Assembly (NCBI GenBank): GCA_030740155.1
Contig: JASLXV010000025.1
Location: forward strand, 32,001 to 96,000
Source of the DNA: Dehalococcoidia bacterium
GTDB taxonomy: Bacteria; Chloroflexota; Dehalococcoidia; Lucifugimonadales; UBA3495
DNA: 64,000 bases
Reading direction: 5' to 3'
Of this stretch, positions 19,072 through 29,352 are shown in pieces. The notes under the pieces are model-generated. The model saw nothing but the letters and a program-made list of their open reading frames with translations. It did not search any database and was not told the origin of the DNA. Made by a program: the position numbers and the translations under genes. How positions within the stretch are numbered: the first letter of the stretch is position 1; each line of letters starts with the position of its first letter.

Positions 19072-20133
19072 ATGGGTGTCGGGGTCCTACGGAACTACAG
19101 AGACCTCCTTCCGGTGACGGAGACCACCCCAATGATCACATTGGGGGAGGGGGATACTCCGCTGGTCAAGTCCAACCGGCTCGGGAGGGAGTTGGGCTGC
19201 TCCGACCTGTACTTCAAGCTGGAAGGGTGCAATCCCACTGGGTCTTTCAAAGATCGGGGCATGGTTGTCGCCATCGCCAAGGCGCTGGAAGAGGGGAGCA
19301 AGGCGGTAATGTGTGCTTCCACCGGGAACACCAGCGCGTCCGCCGCCGCCTATGCCGCGTATTGCGACCTTCCCGCGCTGGTGCTGATTCCCAAGGGAGA
19401 GGTGGCCATGGGCAAACTGGCCCAGGCCATGGCCTATGGCGCTCGGATCATCATGATCAGCGGGAACTTTGACGTGGCGCTGAAGCTGGTCCAGGCTTTT
19501 ACCAGCAAGCACCCGATGACCCTGGTCAACTCGGTCAACCCCCACCGGATCGAAGGACAGAAGACGGCCGCCTTCGAGGTGGCCGACACTTTGGGTGAAG
19601 CCCCGGATTACCTGTTTATCCCGGTGGGCAACGCCGGCAACATCACCGCCTACTGGAAGGGCTTCAAGGAGTATTACAAGCTCGGCCGGACCCGCCGGCT
19701 GCCTCGTATGATGGGCTTTCAGGCAGAAGGTGCGGCTCCCATCGTGCGCGGGGCGCCGGTGGCCAACCCGCAGACCATCGCGTCGGCCATCCGCATCGGC
19801 AACCCGGCCAGTTGGAACGGCGCTTTGGATGCCAGGGACGGCTCAGGGGGCGTGATCGACATGGTCAGCGACGACGAAATTCTGGATGCCTACCGGCTCC
19901 TTGCCTCCCGCGAGGGTGTCTTTTGCGAGCCGGCATCCGCGGCCTCCTTCGCCGGGCTGGTGAAAATGCACCGGAAGGGTCTGGACCTGGCGGGAAAGAC
20001 AGTAGTATGTATCTTCACCGGGACGGGCCTTAAAGACCCGGACCTGGCGGTCAGCAGCGTGGCCGCCCGCACCACCGAGGTGGAACCGACTATGGAAGCC
20101 GTGGAAGCGGTGGCGCTGGCCGCGGCTCAGTGA
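19072..20133 (+). CDS. thrC: Threonine synthase
   Basis: [33 protein letters not shown]. Confidence 0.95.
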   Translation: MGVGVLRNYRDLLPVTETTPMITLGEGDTPLVKSNRLGRELGCSDLYFKLEGCNPTGSFKDRGMVVAIAKALEEGSKAVMCASTGNTSASAAAYAAYCDLPALVLIPKGEVAMGKLAQAMAYGARIIMISGNFDVALKLVQAFTSKHPMTLVNSVNPHRIEGQKTAAFEVADTLGEAPDYLFIPVGNAGNITAYWKGFKEYYKLGRTRRLPRMMGFQAEGAAPIVRGAPVANPQTIASAIRIGNPASWNGALDARDGSGGVIDMVSDDEILDAYRLLASREGVFCEPASAASFAGLVKMHRKGLDLAGKTVVCIFTGTGLKDPDLAVSSVAARTTEVEPTMEAVEAVALAAAQ

Positions 20134-20708
20134 TTCGAAGGGGTCTCGATATTCAAAGGCAGCGAATTGAGGAAGCAGTAACCACCCTGTTGGAGGCCAT
20201 CGGCGAGGACACGTCCCGAGAAGGATTGCGTCAGACCCCGCAACGGGTCGCGCGGATGTACGAGGACCTGTTTTCCGGAATCGGGTTGGACCCGTGCGCC
20301 GCGATCGACACGGTCTTCGAGGCCGACAGCCAGGACCCGGTGCTCCTGGGCAACATTCCCTTCTATTCGGTCTGTGAGCACCACCTGCTGCCCTTCTTCG
20401 GGCTGGCCCACCTGGCCTACATTCCCAATGGGAAGATCGCCGGCTTGAGCAAGTTGGCCCGGGCCCTGGAAGTAGCCTCGCACCGGCCCCAGGTCCAAGA
20501 GCGGCTGACCGGCCAGGTAGCCGATGCGATTCTCTCCGCCCTCAGCCCCGACGGGGTCGTGGTGGAAGTGGAAGCGGAACACCTCTGCATGGCGATGCGC
20601 GGAGTGCGAAAACCGGGCAGCCGGGTAGTTACCTCCGCCGTCCGAGGCCGGTTCGAGAACGGCGCTCTTGGCCGAGACGGACTTCTTGCCCTGTTGCGAA
20701 GGAGGTAA
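20130..20708 (+). CDS. folE: GTP cyclohydrolase I
   Basis: [30 protein letters not shown]. Confidence 0.95.
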   Translation: MIRRGLDIQRQRIEEAVTTLLEAIGEDTSREGLRQTPQRVARMYEDLFSGIGLDPCAAIDTVFEADSQDPVLLGNIPFYSVCEHHLLPFFGLAHLAYIPNGKIAGLSKLARALEVASHRPQVQERLTGQVADAILSALSPDGVVVEVEAEHLCMAMRGVRKPGSRVVTSAVRGRFENGALGRDGLLALLRRR

Positions 20709-20711
20709 CCA

Positions 20712-21689
20712 GTGGCCAGGACCCCCCTGACGTCTTTTGAGGACATCCGGGAAGAGTGGGAGGGCCTTCTATCCGGCTCACCGGTGAACACCCTGTTCTT
20801 GACTCCTCAATGGCAGGAGGTGTGGTGGGACACCTTTGCCAACGGCAAGAGAATGGCCGGGTTTTACGTCCGGACGGCGGATGGCGTGGCGGCCATTGCT
20901 TCGCTAGCTCGTTGCGGGGAGACCCTCTCATTCGTGGGCAACCAGGACACCTTCGATTACAACGACTTCCTGGTAAGCCCGGGTTATGAGGCCCAGTTTT
21001 TCGACAACCTGCTGGGTTCTTTCGAAGAACAAGGTTGCAACGTCTTGAAGCTCGACTCTTTGATAGAGACTTCGCCGACCCTCGCGCATCTGCCGGAGTT
21101 GGCCCGCCAGCGCGGCTATACGGTGGAGGTGGAACAGGAAGACGTGACGGCCGGAACAAAGCTTCCCCCCACCTGGGATGAGTATCTGTCCTCCCTGTCG
21201 AAGAAGGACCGGCACGAGCTGCGCCGTAAGTTTCGCCGCCTGGAAGAGGGGGCGAAATGGCGCTGGTATGTTGTGACCGGTCCGGAAGAGGTCGCCGGCC
21301 GGATCGAAGATTTCATCCGCTTGATGGGGCAGAGCCGGAAGGACAAAGAGGAATACCTGACCCCGGTGCGAGAGCGGTTTTTCCATCGCATCACCGAGCG
21401 GATGGCTCAACTGGGCCTGGTGAGGCTCTTTTTCCTGGAGGTGGACGGCCAGCCCGCGGCCACCAGCCTCTGCTTCGATTACGCTTATTCCCGGTTACTG
21501 TACAATAGCGGCTACAATCCGGAATACAGTTATTATAGCGTGGGCTTGTTGCTGAACGCCCTTTGCCTTCAGGAAGCCATTGAACGGGGACTCGGGTACT
21601 TCGACTTCCTGCGGGGCCCCGAGCCCTACAAGCGCCGTTTGGGCGGAGAGAGCCGAAACCTTTATCGGATGGTGCTGAGACGGAGTTGA
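20712..21689 (+). CDS. GNAT-family acyltransferase (CelD/BcsL/FemAB-like)
   Basis: TWDEYLSSLSKKDRHELRRK, YNSGYNP, SVGLLL, FDFLRGPEPYK. Confidence 0.8.
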   Translation: MARTPLTSFEDIREEWEGLLSGSPVNTLFLTPQWQEVWWDTFANGKRMAGFYVRTADGVAAIASLARCGETLSFVGNQDTFDYNDFLVSPGYEAQFFDNLLGSFEEQGCNVLKLDSLIETSPTLAHLPELARQRGYTVEVEQEDVTAGTKLPPTWDEYLSSLSKKDRHELRRKFRRLEEGAKWRWYVVTGPEEVAGRIEDFIRLMGQSRKDKEEYLTPVRERFFHRITERMAQLGLVRLFFLEVDGQPAATSLCFDYAYSRLLYNSGYNPEYSYYSVGLLLNALCLQEAIERGLGYFDFLRGPEPYKRRLGGESRNLYRMVLRRS

Positions 21690-22915
21690 ACGTCCAACGG
21701 GTAGCCTTCATCACCTTTCACGCCTGCCCCCTGGCGGCTCCCGGTGAGGGAAAGTCAGGGGGTATGAATGTCTACGTGCGCCAGTTGGCCCGAGCCCTGG
21801 GCGACCAGGGAGTGCAGGTAGACGTTTTCACCCGCAATCACTCGGCGGAGATTGAGCAGATACAGAGTATCTCGCCGAACGTGCGGGTGGTGCACTTGCC
21901 CGGAGGTGAGCCGGACGCGCCTCTGGAAAACCTATTCCGCTACCTCCCCTCCTTCCTGGAGGCCGTTGAAGAATTTCAGGGGAAGAACCGGCTGACTTAC
22001 CAGGTTGTCCATTCTCACTACTGGCTCTCCGGCTGGGTGGGCCGCGCCTTGGCCCGCCGGAAGATGATACCCCACGTGATAACCTTTCATACCATGGGAC
22101 TCATCAAGATGCAGTCCCGGGCCGGCGAAATGGAGCCGTTGGCGCGCCATCAAGTGGAACGGGAACTAGTGGAATCCGCCGATCGGATCGTCGCTTTCAG
22201 CGCGAACGAGCGCGACGCCATGGTCCGGCTCTACGGGGCGGATGCCCGCCGGATCGCGGTGGCCCCCTGCGGCGTGGACCTGTCCCTGTTCCGCCCGCTG
22301 GGCCAAAAGCAGGCCCGGGAGAAGCTGGGGCTCAACGGGGAGAACGTGTTCCTCTACGTTGGCCGGCTGGAACCGCTAAAAGGAGTGGAGTTGCTGCTGC
22401 ACACCGCCGCCCACCTGGAGACGTGCCGGCCGATACGCGTCCTTGTAGTTGGGGGCGACGCCAACGGAGACCGGCAGGTGGACCGGCTGCGCGGCCTGGC
22501 CCGGACCCTAAAGGTGGACGGCGTGATCGATTTCGTGGGCCGGGTCGACCAGGAAGAGTTGCCCCTGTACTACAACGCCGCCGACGTGTGCGTGGTGCCA
22601 TCATATTACGAAAGCTTTGGCCTGGCCGCCCTGGAATCCATGGCTTGCGGGACTCCGGTGGTGGCGGCCCGGGTGGGCGGCCTCTCCACGATAGTGCAGC
22701 ACGGGCGCACCGGGTACCTGAAGTCTTGGCGCTGCCCCGAGTCATTCGCCAGTTCCCTGGAGATGATCATATCCAATACCAAACTGCAGCATAGCATGGG
22801 TTTGGCGGCCCGGAGGCGGGCTGAAGGAATGGGCTGGCAGCATGTGGCCGCCCGATTGAGCCAGGAATACGAAACATTGACCGGGAACCTATGGGAAGGC
22901 GATAATAGCCAGTAG
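21686..22915 (+). CDS. GT4 glycosyltransferase, MshA (D-inositol-3-phosphate glycosyltransferase)-like
   Basis: HACPLAAPG..SGGMNVYV, HSHYWLSG, FHT, VGRLEPLKG, PSYYESFGLAALESMACGTPV. Confidence 0.85.
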   Translation: MNVQRVAFITFHACPLAAPGEGKSGGMNVYVRQLARALGDQGVQVDVFTRNHSAEIEQIQSISPNVRVVHLPGGEPDAPLENLFRYLPSFLEAVEEFQGKNRLTYQVVHSHYWLSGWVGRALARRKMIPHVITFHTMGLIKMQSRAGEMEPLARHQVERELVESADRIVAFSANERDAMVRLYGADARRIAVAPCGVDLSLFRPLGQKQAREKLGLNGENVFLYVGRLEPLKGVELLLHTAAHLETCRPIRVLVVGGDANGDRQVDRLRGLARTLKVDGVIDFVGRVDQEELPLYYNAADVCVVPSYYESFGLAALESMACGTPVVAARVGGLSTIVQHGRTGYLKSWRCPESFASSLEMIISNTKLQHSMGLAARRRAEGMGWQHVAARLSQEYETLTGNLWEGDNSQ

Positions 22916-23048
22916 CAGGACTTGGCGTCGCCAATGGCCGGGCCAGCTATGACCGGCTGGCCGTCGCCCGGTTGAATGGTGCCTGGATTGCCGTCGTGCC
23001 GCCCTCCGCGGCCGTGAAAAGCCGCGGTGAGTCACCCGGAGGGACCCG

Positions 23049-23735
23049 TTGACCCCCGAACCCCAGGAATTTCAAAACACCCGCCGCCGCCGGCGAGGAC
23101 CGCTCCGTGGACCTCTGGTTCACATCGAACGGACCCTGGGGGCGGGAATCCTCGTCATACTGCCCATCGGCATCACTGTAGTGATCCTCAAGTTCTTCTT
23201 CGACTTGCTGGACCCGGTGCTCCAACCGGTGGTAGATCTCCTTCCCGGCCGCGACATCCCCGGCCTCGGCTTCATAACCTTGATGTTCATGATCTACCTG
23301 GCCGGCCTCATCACCTCTCACGTTTTGGGGCGGCGGGTGATCGGCCTGGGCCACCGGGTCCTCGAGGTAATCCCGGTGGTAAAGGGCATTTACGGCACCA
23401 CCCGCAGCGCCGTCGAAATGCTCTCCGGCAACAGCGATCACCGCTACAGCAGCGTGGTGCTCATCGACTTTCCCCGCCCGGGCACTCGAGCTATCGGGTT
23501 GGTGACCTCCCGCATGTTCGATACCAACGGGGAGGAAACCCTGGCCGTGTACATCCCCACGACCCCGATTCCATCTTCAGGCTTCCTGGTTATCGTCCCG
23601 GCTTCCGACGTTACGCCCACCGACATGAGCGTGGAGGATGCAATGCGGGTGGTGGTCTCCGGCGGGATTCTCACGGCCCAGGTATTTCAGCGGTTCGGAG
23701 TGGCGGCGGATGAGAGGCCCCATTCGAACCAGTGA
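23049..23735 (+). CDS. DUF502 domain membrane protein
   Basis: GILVILPIGIT, IPVVKGIY, VLIDFPRPG, YIPTTPIPSSGFL, MSVEDAM..VVSGG. Confidence 0.85.
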   Translation: MTPEPQEFQNTRRRRRGPLRGPLVHIERTLGAGILVILPIGITVVILKFFFDLLDPVLQPVVDLLPGRDIPGLGFITLMFMIYLAGLITSHVLGRRVIGLGHRVLEVIPVVKGIYGTTRSAVEMLSGNSDHRYSSVVLIDFPRPGTRAIGLVTSRMFDTNGEETLAVYIPTTPIPSSGFLVIVPASDVTPTDMSVEDAMRVVVSGGILTAQVFQRFGVAADERPHSNQ

Positions 23736-24607
23736 CACTCTCCCGCCTTTTTGAAGCCAATCGAATTGTACAGGCGGATAGCCGGATCATTGGTCTCGTC
23801 CACTTCCAGTCCAATTGAGGCCACATCGAGGGACTGGAGGAATTCCATCCCCGCCAGCAGGATGTGGCGGCTGATGCCCCGGCCCCGGTACTCCGGCACC
23901 ACCCCGATCATGCCGATCACCCCTCGGATGGCGCCATCGACGGGAATCAGGCAGGTCCAGCAATAACCGGCGGTCTTCTCTCCATTGTGTAGGAACAGAA
24001 TACCCTGTGGGGGGGTATTAACCATCAGGCTCCGGTACTCTATCTGGTCCACCGTATTGGGACAGAACCCCCAACTGCCGTCAAAAGCAGCGTTTTGAGC
24101 CTCGGTCAACACGGCGGCATCCCCCGGCTGAAAGGTACGGACGGTGAATCCGTCGGGGAGCGCTGCGTTGGGCAGAGCGTCCCCACTCCAGACCAGGTCC
24201 CAATAGGTGCGGGCCAGGGAGAACCCTTCGGCTCTCAGAAGGTCAGATTGAGGCGATGGGTCCGGCAGGCACGCGTGAATCACCTGGGCTCCAAGTTCGA
24301 TGGCCCGGCCCACGGCGCGGTGCACCAGCTCCTGGTGATGGATGCCGCCAACCAGTTCGGGGGCCACCTCCAGTTCCAGAACAGCCCGGCCGATGGGCGT
24401 TTCCGGAACTACCTGGCAGAAGCCACCCACCCGGTCGCGGTCCTCGATGAGGAAGCAATTCTCCGTGGGGAACAGCCAGGGTTGGCCCAGCTTCTGTTCA
24501 AAGGTCTGCCGGCCCAGGGCGCGGCCCCGCTCACCCCACGTACTACCCTGCTCAACAAGATCCAACAGCGCCGACAAGCGGTCGCCGGAGAAGTTACTCA
24601 CTCGCAA
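23687..24607 (-). CDS. Tandem-GNAT acetyltransferase, MshD (mycothiol synthase)-like
   Basis: VRTFQPGD...QNAAF, AGYCWT, IGVVPEYRGRG, LEVDETNDPAIRLYNSIGF. TTG start after AAGGA. Confidence 0.75.
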   Translation of the reverse strand: MRVSNFSGDRLSALLDLVEQGSTWGERGRALGRQTFEQKLGQPWLFPTENCFLIEDRDRVGGFCQVVPETPIGRAVLELEVAPELVGGIHHQELVHRAVGRAIELGAQVIHACLPDPSPQSDLLRAEGFSLARTYWDLVWSGDALPNAALPDGFTVRTFQPGDAAVLTEAQNAAFDGSWGFCPNTVDQIEYRSLMVNTPPQGILFLHNGEKTAGYCWTCLIPVDGAIRGVIGMIGVVPEYRGRGISRHILLAGMEFLQSLDVASIGLEVDETNDPAIRLYNSIGFKKAGECHWFEWGLSSAATPNR

Positions 24608-24862
24608 TATAGAATCCTTATAATATGACGGTAATCGATAGTAAATAGGTGAATACTCGACGAACACATCCGTTAAACACCATGATAATGGTGTCGAACA
24701 ATGCATTCCGGCGGCGGGAAGGAGCCCTCAGTACCCTCGCCCGATTGTAGCAGAGTATATGGCGGCCCACAAGACAGGAAACCAGCTTCAGAACCGCCGC
24801 CGCCAGGCACGGGTGGGCCACCGGGCCGGTACTCCCGGAGACCTGGAAAACCCGTCTGAGAC

Positions 24863-25816
24863 TCAGATGCCCTCGAAGAACCGGCGCGGGTTCTCCACCA
24901 TGAGTTGCTGGATGTCCGCATCGGAGGCCCCCAACTCTTTCAGCCTCGGGAGCACCTTCCTGGGGATGAAATTGTAACCATCGGGATTGGCCCGGCGACG
25001 CTCCTCTTGGGCCTGCGCGCCGTTCCGTGCTTTGGGCACCGAGTAATCGTGGGATAACATGATCCGGTGGCAAAAACCGGCGTCGATCAGCTTCTTCGCG
25101 GTTTCGGTTCGTTGCTCCCATTTGGGTGTGCCGGGGACCCGTCCGCCGGGGTAGCGGTCCAGGCCCAACCAGACACCCTTTCCCAGAAGGCCCAGCAGGT
25201 AATCCAGGTCGGTGTCATCGTTGGAGTGGCCTATGTAGACCCGGGTCAAGTCCACGCCTTCTTCTTCCAAGATCCGGACCTGCTGCTCCCCGACCCGCTC
25301 CGGGGACCAGGTGTGGGTGGAGATCGGCGTACCCGTGCGCAGATGTGCCCGGGCCGCCGCCCGCAAGACCACCTCTTGAAGGGGCGTAATCCCTCCCTGG
25401 TCGCTGGCCACCTTGATGACGCTGGCCTTGATCCCGGTCTCCTCGATGCCCTGCTCAATCTCCTTGATGAAGAGTGGGGCAATGACATCCGGTGAGACGT
25501 CACCGAAGGGCCGGGGGACTGCCAGGTGGATGCCGGTTGCGGCAACGATCCGGACTCCGCTCTTGCGGGAGACCTCCTGCATCGCTCCGATATCCCGTCC
25601 CAGGTCAAAGGTGCTCACGTCCACCATGGTGCGGAGACCCTCATTGTAGGCCTCCTTCAAGGCGGCCGCCGACTCTTCGATGATACCTGAGCAGTCGATG
25701 AATTCCGGGTAGGTATGGCGAAGGCCGGCGGCATTGGTGCCCACGTGCTCGTGGATCAAGGTAAAGCCCAGGTCTTCTGATTGCACCGGTCCCAGGACGG
25801 TATTCACGGTTGTCAA
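24863..25816 (-). CDS. Phosphotriesterase-family (PHP/PLL) amidohydrolase
   Basis: LGFTLIHEH, GRD, IKVASD, ISTH, IGH, LSHD, NPRRFF. Confidence 0.9.
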   Translation of the reverse strand: MTTVNTVLGPVQSEDLGFTLIHEHVGTNAAGLRHTYPEFIDCSGIIEESAAALKEAYNEGLRTMVDVSTFDLGRDIGAMQEVSRKSGVRIVAATGIHLAVPRPFGDVSPDVIAPLFIKEIEQGIEETGIKASVIKVASDQGGITPLQEVVLRAAARAHLRTGTPISTHTWSPERVGEQQVRILEEEGVDLTRVYIGHSNDDTDLDYLLGLLGKGVWLGLDRYPGGRVPGTPKWEQRTETAKKLIDAGFCHRIMLSHDYSVPKARNGAQAQEERRRANPDGYNFIPRKVLPRLKELGASDADIQQLMVENPRRFFEGI

Positions 25817-26266
25817 AATCGTCGCCTCCTCCGATTCTATTCGACTCGAGTTGGCGGCGGCCTCAAGATTCCCCCGAAAACCGCCTGGAGCAAACGGTCC
25901 CCCGGCCAGACCGCATCACGAACGGCGCGGGAACCTACAGCGTCTGGAAAGCCCGGTGGCCGGGGCGCCTGGTTGGGCCAAGAACATTTTCTCCTCCGTG
26001 GCCCGCCGGCAACTTCCGGATCAGAGCGGCCGGGCTATATTATGGCGGCCTGGCCTCGGAGGGCGGTCTGCAAGACCTCCACATCCTCACTTACAAGCCA
26101 AAGAATACACCTCGATCAGGCCTCGGAGTCAATACCGGAGTGTAACGGCGGTCACAGACATTAACCCTCATCTGAAATAGAATAGTGACAGAGATGGCAA
26201 AAACTACACGGGGAGGGGTCATGGCACTGGCCCCATACCTGGGAAACAATCCGGCAGGACGATGAG

Positions 26267-27487
26267 ATGGCATCGGTGAAACGTATCCGCATACTCCTTG
26301 GAACCGGGCTGATCGCGGGATTGCTGCTAATAGCCGGCTGCGGGCTGGCGAGTAGCCCGTCGAGCGAATCAACCCCGGCGGCGGCCCGTAGGGCCCCCAC
26401 TGCCACCGCTGTTCCGGTGGCGAAGCCCACGGTGGCTCCTACCGAGCCAGCGCCGGCCATCACTCCGGCGACGACACCAGAGCCCAATCCGGCGCCGGCG
26501 TCTGGCCATGGGGTAACACCTCCCGCGACTCCTCTGTTAGTCGCTCCCCCGTCGAAACCGGCACCGTCGAAACCGGCACCGGCGCCCGCTTCGAAACCGA
26601 CGCCGGTACCGACGCCGGCGCCTACGCCGAAGCCTACGCCCATTCCGGAGCCGGAGCCCGCGCTGTCCTCCGGCATGGTTGGCCTGTTCCTGGCGATCAA
26701 CGGCGGTTCCAGCTCCAACCTGCTAAGGACCGTCTCGACCGACTCGAACAGCGGCGAGATGACCGGCAGCAAGTACATCACCATCGAGAAGAGCGCCAAA
26801 GCGGTGGTCCTCTACGTTCCTGAAAGGGGAGAAGCTACGCTGATCGACTCCTACACCTCGCCCAGCTACGCCCCCCATACCAAGAGGCCGCACACCTTCG
26901 ATGACCGCCTCTTCGTGGGCACCAAGTACAGCACTTCACTGAACTACGCGGAGTATGACCCTCAAACACTGCTGCCGGTGAGCAACGCGATGGCCAAGCA
27001 ACTGGTCCAGGCGAGCCAGAACCGGTTCGTGCTGAAGGGCGCTCGCCCGGAGGACCCGGTGACCTCGATCACCCGGGTGGACCCGTTAGATCCTGAAGCC
27101 TCCGAGATCGTGGCGTCCTTCGAGGTTAGCGGCGTGGAAGACTACGTGCCGTCGAACTGGTGGCAGATGGCCGAAGACAACGACGTGGTCTACTGGGCGG
27201 CGATGTCCTACCAGGGCGAGCGCCTGTTGGGAGAGGTCTGGTCGTTCCGGCTGGACGACCCGGAGTCGGACCCGCTAATGCACAGCTTCACCGTGCCCGG
27301 CGCGCCGGGAGAGATGTCGATGATCCTCAAGTTCGACGTGGACGACGGTCACGCCGTGATCCAGCCCCGGTTCACCGGCTACACCGATTCCCGCCTGATT
27401 CTGTACGACCTGAACACCGGCTCGGTGGACCTGGTCGACACGGGGCTGAGGATCTTCGACGTGCAAATCCTACACCTGGGCGAGTAA
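26267..27487 (+). CDS. Hypothetical lipoprotein with Pro/Thr-rich linker
   Basis: Lipobox LIAGC, long PAP/PTP linker, beta-rich C-terminal domain. Confidence 0.7.
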   Translation: MASVKRIRILLGTGLIAGLLLIAGCGLASSPSSESTPAAARRAPTATAVPVAKPTVAPTEPAPAITPATTPEPNPAPASGHGVTPPATPLLVAPPSKPAPSKPAPAPASKPTPVPTPAPTPKPTPIPEPEPALSSGMVGLFLAINGGSSSNLLRTVSTDSNSGEMTGSKYITIEKSAKAVVLYVPERGEATLIDSYTSPSYAPHTKRPHTFDDRLFVGTKYSTSLNYAEYDPQTLLPVSNAMAKQLVQASQNRFVLKGARPEDPVTSITRVDPLDPEASEIVASFEVSGVEDYVPSNWWQMAEDNDVVYWAAMSYQGERLLGEVWSFRLDDPESDPLMHSFTVPGAPGEMSMILKFDVDDGHAVIQPRFTGYTDSRLILYDLNTGSVDLVDTGLRIFDVQILHLGE

Positions 27488-27531
27488 AGAACTGGCCTTC
27501 CCGTTCAAAAAGTTCTCGCGCGGGGGGCGGG

Positions 27532-28557
27532 TTAGCCGCCGAAGGCGTCCAGAATGTTGCGGTAGTTCTCCGTGATCTGCTCCCGGACCAGGCCGTAGGT
27601 GGGTCCGTGGAGGACCGCCAGGCCGGCCAAGCCTTCAAGCCCTTTCAGCTTGTCGCGGCATTCCCTCGCGGTGCCCGCCAGGGCAAGGGTGTCCAGCATC
27701 TCGTCGCTGACCGCCTGCTCCATTCCCTCGAGGTCTTGCCGCAGCGAAGCCTCCTGGATGGCCTGCCACTCGCGGCCAAAGCCGTCGCGTTCCAGGATCG
27801 GGCGGTAGACGGTGGAGGTGGCATAGAAGGCGAGCTGCCGGCGGGCCTGTCTCCGGGCCTTTCCCCGGTCATCCGATACGGCGCAGACCAGGAGCGTCAC
27901 GACCTCGATGGAAGCGGGGTCCCGGCCGGCTTTCCGCGCTCCCTCGGCCAGGTGGACCCCCAGCTCTTCGCGGAGGTAGCGAGGGGAGGCGAGAGGGTAC
28001 CCGACCACACCGTCGGCTACCGTACCAGCCAGGCGCAGCATTCGCGGCATGACGGCAGCCAGGTACACGGGGATATCGGGGCGCAACGGACGGAAGCCGG
28101 CTATGTACCCGGGGGTGTCCACGTTGTAGTACGGGCCCGCATGGTGCACGGGTTCGCCAGGGTGGTGGTACCAGGTACTCCACAGCCGGCGCACCACCTC
28201 AACGTGCTCCCGAAGGCCCTCCACCGGCTTGGGGTACTTATCGGGGGTCCACCCAAGATTCATGCGCAGCGTACCGGTGCCCACGCCGAAGACGAACCTC
28301 CCATTTGATAGCTCGTCCAGGTCCAGGGCGAATCGGGCGTGTAGAAAAGGACTGCGCGGGAAAGCCATGGACACCGCCGGAACCAGGCGCACCCTGCTCG
28401 TGGCGCCGGCCAGCGCGGCCAGGGGGACAAATGCGCTGCGCCAGAACTCCGGGCACAAGATGGAATCGAATCCAGCCGCCTCAGCGGCCACGCCCAGCTC
28501 CACCACATCTTTCAGAGGAGTGTTCTCACCACCGAGCAAAAGCCCCAGCTTCATCAC
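27532..28557 (-). CDS. LLM-class (probably F420-dependent) oxidoreductase
   Basis: AEAAGFDS, LDELSNGRFVFGVG, PVYLAAVMPRMLRLAGTVADG. Confidence 0.88.
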   Translation of the reverse strand: MMKLGLLLGGENTPLKDVVELGVAAEAAGFDSILCPEFWRSAFVPLAALAGATSRVRLVPAVSMAFPRSPFLHARFALDLDELSNGRFVFGVGTGTLRMNLGWTPDKYPKPVEGLREHVEVVRRLWSTWYHHPGEPVHHAGPYYNVDTPGYIAGFRPLRPDIPVYLAAVMPRMLRLAGTVADGVVGYPLASPRYLREELGVHLAEGARKAGRDPASIEVVTLLVCAVSDDRGKARRQARRQLAFYATSTVYRPILERDGFGREWQAIQEASLRQDLEGMEQAVSDEMLDTLALAGTARECRDKLKGLEGLAGLAVLHGPTYGLVREQITENYRNILDAFGG

Positions 28558-28614
28558 GTGCTCTCCGATAGGCCATTAGGCATGTGGGTCAAACCGTGGG
28601 GCCGTGACGTCCGC

Positions 28615-29244
28615 CTAGACCACCCGGTACGCGAATACCAGGTGCTTGATGTCGGGTTCACCGAGGGGCAGCGACACGAAGGGCCCCGCCGTCTCGATCA
28701 GGCTCCATTTTTTGTCTCGCTCCAGGCCGTCCTGGACTTCCTTGAACCCCTGGGCGTCGGCCCGGACGCTAAAGATGATGGGGCCTCCGGGCCGGGTGCA
28801 GCGGATCAGTTCGGCGAAGGACTCGGGGGGCGCGTGGGCCACGCTCAGGACGCCCACGGCGGTCGCGCCGGCGAAGGCGTTGTCCGGGAAGTCGAGCTGC
28901 TCTCCCATGACCATCTGCCGGAGTTCCCGGTAGATTCCCTTGCTGCGGGCAACTTCCAGCATGCCGGTGGAGAGGTCCATGGCAACCAACTCTCGGTAAC
29001 CGAGCAGGGCAAGCACCTCTCCCATGACACCGGTCCCGGCGCCGGCATCCAGAAGCGGACCGTCGGCGGGCTTCAGGTAGCGGCCCACGAACCCGGCCAC
29101 GATTCCCGGAATCTTGTATCCGTAACCGGCAACGTCTTCGTCGTATTTACCGGCCCAGGAGTCGTACCTTTCCTCCAGGTCGCGGTTCCCTTGGGAAGCG
29201 TAGATCCAATGCAGGCGTTCCTTCGGTGTCTCAGGTTGTGTCAC
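28615..29244 (-). CDS. Class I SAM-dependent methyltransferase
   Basis: YDSWAGKYD, LLDAGAGTG, DLSTGML. Confidence 0.85.
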   Translation of the reverse strand: MTQPETPKERLHWIYASQGNRDLEERYDSWAGKYDEDVAGYGYKIPGIVAGFVGRYLKPADGPLLDAGAGTGVMGEVLALLGYRELVAMDLSTGMLEVARSKGIYRELRQMVMGEQLDFPDNAFAGATAVGVLSVAHAPPESFAELIRCTRPGGPIIFSVRADAQGFKEVQDGLERDKKWSLIETAGPFVSLPLGEPDIKHLVFAYRVV

Positions 29245-29352
29245 GATTTCCTCCTGTTGTGCCCATGGGCCAACGCTGGGGCAGCCCGGCCCGGGTGCGG
29301 CCCGGATTGCCGCGCCGCTATTGCATCGGTCCTTCCGTCCCCGGCGGAGGGC

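Noticed and set aside
20131..20133. Other TGA stops (thrC, apt, tsaB, hicA) as selenocysteine
   Set aside because: The proteins are complete at the stop, with no conserved Cys position there.
26380..26660. Repetitive DNA in the lipoprotein gene
   Set aside because: Encodes a common Pro/Thr/Ala linker; not a CRISPR array or mobile repeat.
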